13,257 nucleotides of DNA, taken from contig JBHLPF010000060.1 in assembly GCA_048939765.1 (NCBI GenBank), forward strand, positions 1 to 13,257. Reading direction: 5' to 3'. Shown here one piece after another: positions 8,458-13,257 of this stretch. Position 1 is the first letter of the stretch, and each line of letters starts with the position of its first letter. Position numbers and translations under genes: made by a program. This DNA is from Promethearchaeota archaeon. Its GTDB lineage: Archaea > Asgardarchaeota > Thorarchaeia > Thorarchaeales > Thorarchaeaceae. The notes beneath the pieces are model-generated. The model was given only the letters and a program-made list of their open reading frames with translations, was not told the DNA's origin and did not search any database.

Positions 8458-9522
8458 TCAATCCTGCTTGGAAGGTTTCCCTTTGCGAACCTCCTTCAGT
8501 CTTCTCTCTATTATGCCCAAGGACACCTTCTGCTGGTCTATGGAAACTGTCATCTTGGGCGTCAGCAGGTTTATGCTCGCAAGACCAAAGCAATCAGGAT
8601 ACATGGTTGCATATTTCTCCTCCCACAAAAGATGATCTTCAACACTACGATGGTTTGCAAACAAGAGGAAGTTGTACCTACCCGTGCTTGTCCTGTAGAT
8701 TATACTCAAGTGCGGATCTTTCAACCACTGAAGAAGAATGTCCTCACGATATTTCTTCACTTCAACGAGCGAGAATGCAAAAATGAATCCTGGCGGTACG
8801 AAGAAATGTGAGAATCTGCATAGGGGATTCAGAATAATCCGTTCTTTTATCATCTTCAATATCCTGTTTTGCACAGCCCGTCTACTCAGACCCACCTCTC
8901 CTGACAGAAAATTCTCGTTGACCTTTATCCCTCTTCCTTGCAGCAGATGCATCAGGATTTCGAAATCTAGATGCTTCAGCTCGTAGCCATCGATGTCAGA
9001 GTACCCTTGCTTCTCGACCTCTTGCTCTATCAATTTCAGCCCGATGCTGGGCTCATATTTGACTATCAGTCTGTTTGAAAAGAAGAGCGCACTAGAGGGG
9101 AATCTAGTGTCTCGCGAGGGGATGACTCCCTTTTCCACAAGCGACTCTCTCCACATGTATTGTCCATGCAGACTGGTGTGGAACTCGAACAGCATTGTGT
9201 TGAATTCCTCTTCCCTTATCTTGAAAGCAGCAAACACATTCTCGTCATCCATCATCCACTGCTCTATTTTCCTGCTGTGAGGCAGGTCTGCACGAGCGAC
9301 CACTAGTAGCGGGTATTCATTCAGAAGGCGTATGAAAGGGAACACTGGTCGATCGATGATGCCTCGTTCGAAGAGGCATGCCACTCTCTCCTTTATGGTG
9401 TTTCTATGCTTTCCTAGAAGTCTTGACAACACACTGATGTTCACACTCACTCCCTTTCCAGAACAGATGTGCTTCAAGAGAACTAGGTTCTTTTCATCAT
9501 TCAGCATGCTGAGAACCTTCAT
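8458..9522 (-). CDS. Lrp/AsnC-like transcriptional regulator with two tandem HTH+effector units
   Basis: HTH1 ISVLSRLLGKHRNTIKERVACLFERGII and HTH2 ENFLSGEVGLSRRAVQNRILKMIKERII. Each is followed by a RAM-like segment (e.g. DPHLSIIYRTSTGRYNFLL). GAGGT SD upstream. Confidence 0.82.
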   Translation of the reverse strand: MKVLSMLNDEKNLVLLKHICSGKGVSVNISVLSRLLGKHRNTIKERVACLFERGIIDRPVFPFIRLLNEYPLLVVARADLPHSRKIEQWMMDDENVFAAFKIREEEFNTMLFEFHTSLHGQYMWRESLVEKGVIPSRDTRFPSSALFFSNRLIVKYEPSIGLKLIEQEVEKQGYSDIDGYELKHLDFEILMHLLQGRGIKVNENFLSGEVGLSRRAVQNRILKMIKERIILNPLCRFSHFFVPPGFIFAFSLVEVKKYREDILLQWLKDPHLSIIYRTSTGRYNFLLFANHRSVEDHLLWEEKYATMYPDCFGLASINLLTPKMTVSIDQQKVSLGIIERRLKEVRKGKPSKQD

Positions 9523-9541
9523 CAGACCTCATGTGGCAATC

Positions 9542-9570
9542 ATGTAACATTGCGTGCGGTGGTGTTACAT
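9542..9570. promoter_or_regulatory. Inverted repeat ATGTAACA-N13-TGTTACAT, candidate operator
   Basis: Perfect 8-bp arms located 20-48 nt upstream of the Lrp-like gene start. Confidence 0.55.
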
Positions 9571-9687
9571 CCTTTACAGAAAAAGACTTTGTTGATGGGC
9601 CATTCTGGGCATTATCAGCGTCTAATCTACCAATCAGGGCCATCACAGTAGATTCTATGCGACTCGTTTGCCCTTGTGGAATTTCAA

Positions 9688-9713
9688 GAGCTCGAATCTC
9701 CTTTCCGGCACCA
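9688..9713 (+). repeat. Degenerate direct repeat of tRNA 3' end (att-like scar)
   Basis: GAGCTCGAATCTCCTTTCCGGCACCA vs tRNA 7542-7567 GAGTTCGAATCTCGTCCTCGGCACCA. 21/26 identical, ungapped, same strand, ending at CCA. Confidence 0.7.
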
Positions 9714-9819
9714 ATTCTCTCTTCTGAATTCAAATCATGAGCTTGACTTATGCCTGAGAAGCCGCTTTGATGATGTGCATCGATTGCACAAATCACTAAA
9801 ATGTCAGAAAGAGAAGAAG

Positions 9820-9849
9820 AGTACTCACGTCGTTTCCAACGCGAGTACT
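9820..9849 (-). other. 13-bp RNA hairpin with GAAA tetraloop followed by pyrimidine tract (terminator or ncRNA element)
   Basis: Minus strand AGUACUCGCGUUG-GAAA-CGACGUGAGUACU. Two G.U pairs form only on the minus strand. Followed by CUUCUUCUCUUUCU. Confidence 0.6.
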
Positions 9850-9949
9850 TCTTGAAGGAGGAGAGAGGATTCATCTCGAGGTTCAACTGCTTCCTTCTGG
9901 GAGAAGGGAGCCGAAGTCTGAGCTTCGGAATCGTGAGAGTTCAATCAGA

Positions 9950-10060
9950 CTATCTCCTGAAGTAGGTGAGAGCTTCGAGCTTGAGGAGTTCATAATCCAT
10001 ATGAGCTTGAGTCCACTTCCTTCGAGCCTTGTGGTTCCGGTCATTCTTTGCTAGAGCCAT
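9950..10060 (-). CDS. Putative 36-aa small protein MALAKNDRNHKARRKWTQAHMDYELLKLEALTYFRR
   Basis: ATG at 10060 and TAG at 9952-9950. TATATATA at 10100-10093 and GTGA SD-like motif 6 nt upstream of the ATG. Below the ORF-track size cutoff. Confidence 0.55.
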   Translation of the reverse strand: MALAKNDRNHKARRKWTQAHMDYELLKLEALTYFRR

Positions 10061-10092
10061 GATATTTCACAAGAATTACTACTCAGAATTAG

Positions 10093-10147
10093 TATATATA
10101 GCGGAGCCACAACAAAGGGTCACAGAATAGAGTCACAATTTGTGACT
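10093..10147 (-). promoter_or_regulatory. TATA box plus upstream RGYCACA repeat array/palindrome
   Basis: GCCACA (10106), GTCACA (10119) and GTCACA (10132) sit at exact 13-nt spacing. The last is half of the palindrome AGTCACAA-T-TTGTGACT (10131-10147). TATA at 10093-10100. Confidence 0.6.
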
Positions 10148-10157
10148 ATGAAAACAG

Positions 10158-10535
10158 CTATTCTTCAGACGGTAGTTTGTGGGGGGGAGCATCATCCAGA
10201 GTCAACTCGCGTGCAACCAATGCACGGAGGTAGGAGTCAATAGACCGGAGACGCTGTTCATAGGTCAGATCACTGTCCTGAAAGGCTCTGCGGCTCATAG
10301 CATGATAGCGTCCTTCAACCTTAATGACGATTGTATTGCTCTCGGTCTTGACCAGGCGGATCAAAGGCTGCTGCTGAATATACATGATAAGCTCTAACCA
10401 CTTCTCTGCCGTGCTCGGGTTGAGCCCAATTTCCTTCAGCTTGGACTTTGGAATAGGGTCATTGCTCTCTTCGAGGAGTTCAAAGATTGCCTTTGCTCGT
10501 TGAAGAAGGGTGCGTCTTGAACTCAATTGGCTCAT
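10158..10535 (-). CDS. Hypothetical protein, probable winged-helix DNA-binding domain
   Basis: AIFELLEESNDPIPKSKLKEIGLNPSTAEKWLELI followed by a beta-hairpin-like IRLVKTESNTIVIKV. TATAAATA at 10565-10558. Confidence 0.72.
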   Translation of the reverse strand: MSQLSSRRTLLQRAKAIFELLEESNDPIPKSKLKEIGLNPSTAEKWLELIMYIQQQPLIRLVKTESNTIVIKVEGRYHAMSRRAFQDSDLTYEQRLRSIDSYLRALVARELTLDDAPPHKLPSEE

Positions 10536-10547
10536 CTCACATACTGG

Positions 10548-10565
10548 TACAATATTGTATTTATA
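10548..10565 (-). promoter_or_regulatory. TATA box with abutting palindrome TACAATATTGTA
   Basis: Minus-strand TATAAATA (10565-10558), 22 nt before the ATG. Perfect 12-bp palindrome at 10548-10559. Confidence 0.55.
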
Positions 10566-10643
10566 GGTATGAAAATGTCTTAAGGGTTTTGATGAGTTTC
10601 GGATGACTTCAGAAATTATCGAGCATAGGCATACTCGGGATTT

Positions 10644-12356
10644 TCATTTCTTGAGGAATTTCATCAACTTGGAAACCGGATACGTATTGACAACATCGTT
10701 CTTGGTCAACCACCCTCGACGAGCCTGATATATACCAAACCGCATGAAGGCCAAGTCAATGATTTTGTGAGCATCTGTATTGATTGCCATCTTCAAACCC
10801 ATTCGCGTGGCTGCACGAAGATTACCGGCGTTGAGATCCAATCGCTCGGGATTAGCATTGAGCTCCATGAGGACTCCATTCTTCTTTGCTGTTTCAAAGA
10901 CCGGCTCAAGATCGATTTCTAGCTGAATGCGTTTCAGCAGCAGTCTGCCAGTAGGATGACCCAGGATGTGAACATGCTTGTTCTCGAGGGCGTGGCAGAC
11001 GCGATCTGACATCTGTTTCCTGTCCTCCTTCATTCTGCTATGGATTGACGCGGTAACGACGTCGAGCTGGCTCAAGACATGATCTTCAATGTCAAGTTTC
11101 CCCTCCGCCAAAATATCGACTTCTGCACCCCTCAGTATCTTCATCTTCCAGCGGCCAGAGGCATTGAGGTCATCAATCTCATCCATTTGCTTCAATAGAC
11201 GAGCTTCATCCAAACCATTGGCGATCGTCAGACTCTGCGTATGGTCGGACACACAGTAGTACTCATAGCCCTTAGTTGAAGCTGCATCTAGCATCTCCTC
11301 AATCGTGTTCTTGCCATCAGATTGATCTGTGTGAGTATGAAGGTCTCCGCGAATTTCATCGAGTTCAATTAGTTTCGGGATCTTTCCACTTTGGGCAGCC
11401 TCGATTTCTCCCCAATCCTCTCTCAGCTCAGGAGGAATAGGATCAAGTCCAAGACTGGTGTAGATTTCTTCTTCAGATGTTCCTGCGACTTGTTTGTCGC
11501 CTTTATAGAGACCATATTCGTTGAGTTTCAGCCCTTGCTTAATTGCAATGCCTCGTAGATGCACATTGTGATCTACAGAACCTGTGAAGTATTGCATTCC
11601 AGCGCCAAAGCTCTCAGAAGGAATCACTCGAAGATCAATCTGCATTCTGTTCTCAAGTCGAATCGCAGACTTGGTTGGACCATGGGCGATGACCTCGGAC
11701 ACTCCATCAAATGTTATGAAGGAGTCCATGACTGCAGCCGGATCTGATGCATCTACTAGGAAATCGATATCCCCCACAGTTTCGCGTCTTCTTCTATAAG
11801 ACCCCGCGATTACTACATTTCGGACTCCTTTGATACCTCCAAGCCTTTCTTCCAGGGGCTCAGCAACCTCCATCGCATCGGCCAGGAGCGTGCGGCCAAT
11901 GCCAGACTTGACAAGGTTGATACCCTCGATTATCTGATTTTGGGACTTCTTGCCCAGTCCTGGCAGATCTGCTAGTTTCCCCTCATTCGCAGCTCTCTCT
12001 ATCGATTCGAGGTCTGTTACGCCCAATTTATCATAGACCAATTTGATTGTCTTCGGTCCGACTCCTGGAATAGCATCTAATTCCATGACCTTGACAGGGA
12101 TCTTTGTACGAAGCCTCTCGAGCAGAGGAATCGTACCAGTTTCCAGAAAGGACTGAATCTTCTCTGCTAGTGCCTTTCCAACACCAGGAATCTCCGTCAG
12201 CTCCCCTCGTCTAGCAATCCCTTCTATGTCCTCTCCAAGTGACGAAACGGATCTGACAGCCCGAAAATAGGCACGAGGCTTGAACTTGTCTTCACCCTCA
12301 ATCTCGATGAGAAGAGCAAGCTCCTTGAGGGCATCTGCCACTTCTTTATTCTTCAA
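10644..12356 (-). CDS. polX: DNA polymerase X / PHP-domain 3'-5' exonuclease
   Basis: HhH motifs (IPGVGK, IPGVGPK, LPGLGKK), AGSYRRRRETVGDIDFL, QIDLRV and YFTGS. PHP motifs DLHTHT..SDG, SDH, GAEVD, GHPTG and NTDAH. The TTG start at 12356 (MKNKEVA) has a GGAGG SD and overlaps the upstream stop as TTGA. Confidence 0.96.
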   Translation of the reverse strand: MKNKEVADALKELALLIEIEGEDKFKPRAYFRAVRSVSSLGEDIEGIARRGELTEIPGVGKALAEKIQSFLETGTIPLLERLRTKIPVKVMELDAIPGVGPKTIKLVYDKLGVTDLESIERAANEGKLADLPGLGKKSQNQIIEGINLVKSGIGRTLLADAMEVAEPLEERLGGIKGVRNVVIAGSYRRRRETVGDIDFLVDASDPAAVMDSFITFDGVSEVIAHGPTKSAIRLENRMQIDLRVIPSESFGAGMQYFTGSVDHNVHLRGIAIKQGLKLNEYGLYKGDKQVAGTSEEEIYTSLGLDPIPPELREDWGEIEAAQSGKIPKLIELDEIRGDLHTHTDQSDGKNTIEEMLDAASTKGYEYYCVSDHTQSLTIANGLDEARLLKQMDEIDDLNASGRWKMKILRGAEVDILAEGKLDIEDHVLSQLDVVTASIHSRMKEDRKQMSDRVCHALENKHVHILGHPTGRLLLKRIQLEIDLEPVFETAKKNGVLMELNANPERLDLNAGNLRAATRMGLKMAINTDAHKIIDLAFMRFGIYQARRGWLTKNDVVNTYPVSKLMKFLKK

Positions 12357-13255
12357 GCAAAAGCCTCCCACTCCTTTGCCCATGGAGTAATCGAATGGAC
12401 GGTATCTACTACAGCTTGGATATTCTCCATAGGTGTATCTACTGTGACTACACAGCCCGGAGCGACAATTAGTCGTTTTAGTCCAGCTTCATGGATAGCT
12501 TGCAAGACTTGTCCCTCTGCCTCTTCAGAATCACCTGTCCTAAAGATACCATTGTGATCAATGCCTCCCATGACAGCCTTTCTTGACTGCTTCTTTCCAT
12601 CAGACAAGGTGAGGTCTGCACTCTGATCCTCCCAATTCAGAGCATCAATGCCTGGAGTGTTCGCAATCTTCTCGAAGCGAATCTGCTCGTTCTCCTCTCT
12701 GGCATGAAGATGCATAACCATGAACTTGGCTTTCCCACGAAGCTTTGCTATTAGTCTTGAATCGAATGGGTAGACGAACTTCTTGTACTGGGCGTCTGTC
12801 ACTGACGTGTGTGTGGAATGTTGCGTGGCAATGAATAGTCCATCAGCTCCAGCCTCTAGGGTCGCTCTTGCAAAATCAATCATCACGTTCGTTATCATCT
12901 CAAGGACTGTTTCTAGGACTTCCGGGCTCTCATCCATATAGTCTGTCAATGGTCTGTTGCACAGCTTGTCTGCCACCATGGTAGGGTCAAATACAGTTGC
13001 CATGGTAGGGACCTTGTCCTGTGCATATTGCTGTATCAGTTCAACAGCCCTGACCTGTTGCCCGAACTCACCGCTATTGACGTCGAGTGGTTCCAAGACC
13101 TCCCAGTCACTAGCCTCCTGAACCACGCATCTTTCACAGGTGGTAGATCCTGAAATTGCTCCATCGTAGATTACTTCACAGCCCCAGTCTACAACTGGAT
13201 ATCTCCCATGAAACGATACCTTCAGGAGGTCATGATTGAACCTCTTGTGGAACGC
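12353..13255 (-). CDS. Uroporphyrinogen decarboxylase (URO-D)-like family protein (5' truncated by window edge)
   Basis: The frame is open to the window edge (AFHKRFNHDLLKVSFHGRYPVVDWG...). Motifs ATVFDP, LEAGADGLFIA, F..PFD, MHLH, VMGGID and LIVAPGC match the URO-D/MtaA superfamily. Exact activity is uncertain. Confidence 0.82.
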   Translation of the reverse strand, partial: AFHKRFNHDLLKVSFHGRYPVVDWGCEVIYDGAISGSTTCERCVVQEASDWEVLEPLDVNSGEFGQQVRAVELIQQYAQDKVPTMATVFDPTMVADKLCNRPLTDYMDESPEVLETVLEMITNVMIDFARATLEAGADGLFIATQHSTHTSVTDAQYKKFVYPFDSRLIAKLRGKAKFMVMHLHAREENEQIRFEKIANTPGIDALNWEDQSADLTLSDGKKQSRKAVMGGIDHNGIFRTGDSEEAEGQVLQAIHEAGLKRLIVAPGCVVTVDTPMENIQAVVDTVHSITPWAKEWEAFA

Positions 13256-13257
13256 AA

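Noticed and set aside
9688-9795. Permuted or split tRNA (GCCTGAG at 9752 pairs 6/7 with TTCCGGC)
   Set aside because: No credible D or anticodon arm, the T-loop has lost T54, and no BHB junction is evident.
9815-9875. GAAA hairpin as a SECIS element or group II intron domain V
   Set aside because: No AUGA/GA kink-turn stem, no AGC triad or AC bulge in register, and no in-frame UGA selenoprotein candidate or maturase nearby.
9497-9886. 129-aa minus ORF, and the 54-aa plus ORF at 9801-9965
   Set aside because: No recognisable motifs. They run through the att-like repeat, operator and hairpins, and overlap neighbouring genes, so they are probably spurious.
9941-9952. Readthrough of the small ORF's TAG (pyrrolysine)
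   Set aside because: An in-frame TGA follows after only two more codons.

Overview
Archaeal chromosomal window. Evidence: archaeal-type ValRS and UMP kinase, TATA boxes, GGTGA/GGAG Shine-Dalgarno (SD) motifs, and a tRNA with bulge-helix-bulge (BHB) introns. The gene style suggests an Asgard (Thorarchaeia-like) genome, which is inference only. The left part (1-7280) holds a partial OsmC-family gene, valS, a secreted membrane-anchored protein, an aldo/keto reductase, pyrH, a wHTH protein, an alpha/beta hydrolase and a small membrane protein. At 7426-7567 is a tRNA-Leu(CAA) with encoded CCA and two introns: a canonical 26-nt intron at 37/38 and a non-canonical 30-nt intron at the 3' side of the variable arm. 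A low-coding-density region follows (7568-10640). It contains a degenerate copy of the tRNA 3' end at 9688-9713, which would bound a ~2.1 kb islet carrying a tandem double-Lrp/AsnC regulator. It also contains a compact unannotated module: a wHTH gene with a palindromic operator, a 13-bp-periodic repeat array, a TATA box, a 36-codon ORF and a hairpin-rich trailer. The right end holds a translationally coupled URO-D-like gene (partial) and PolX-PHP.
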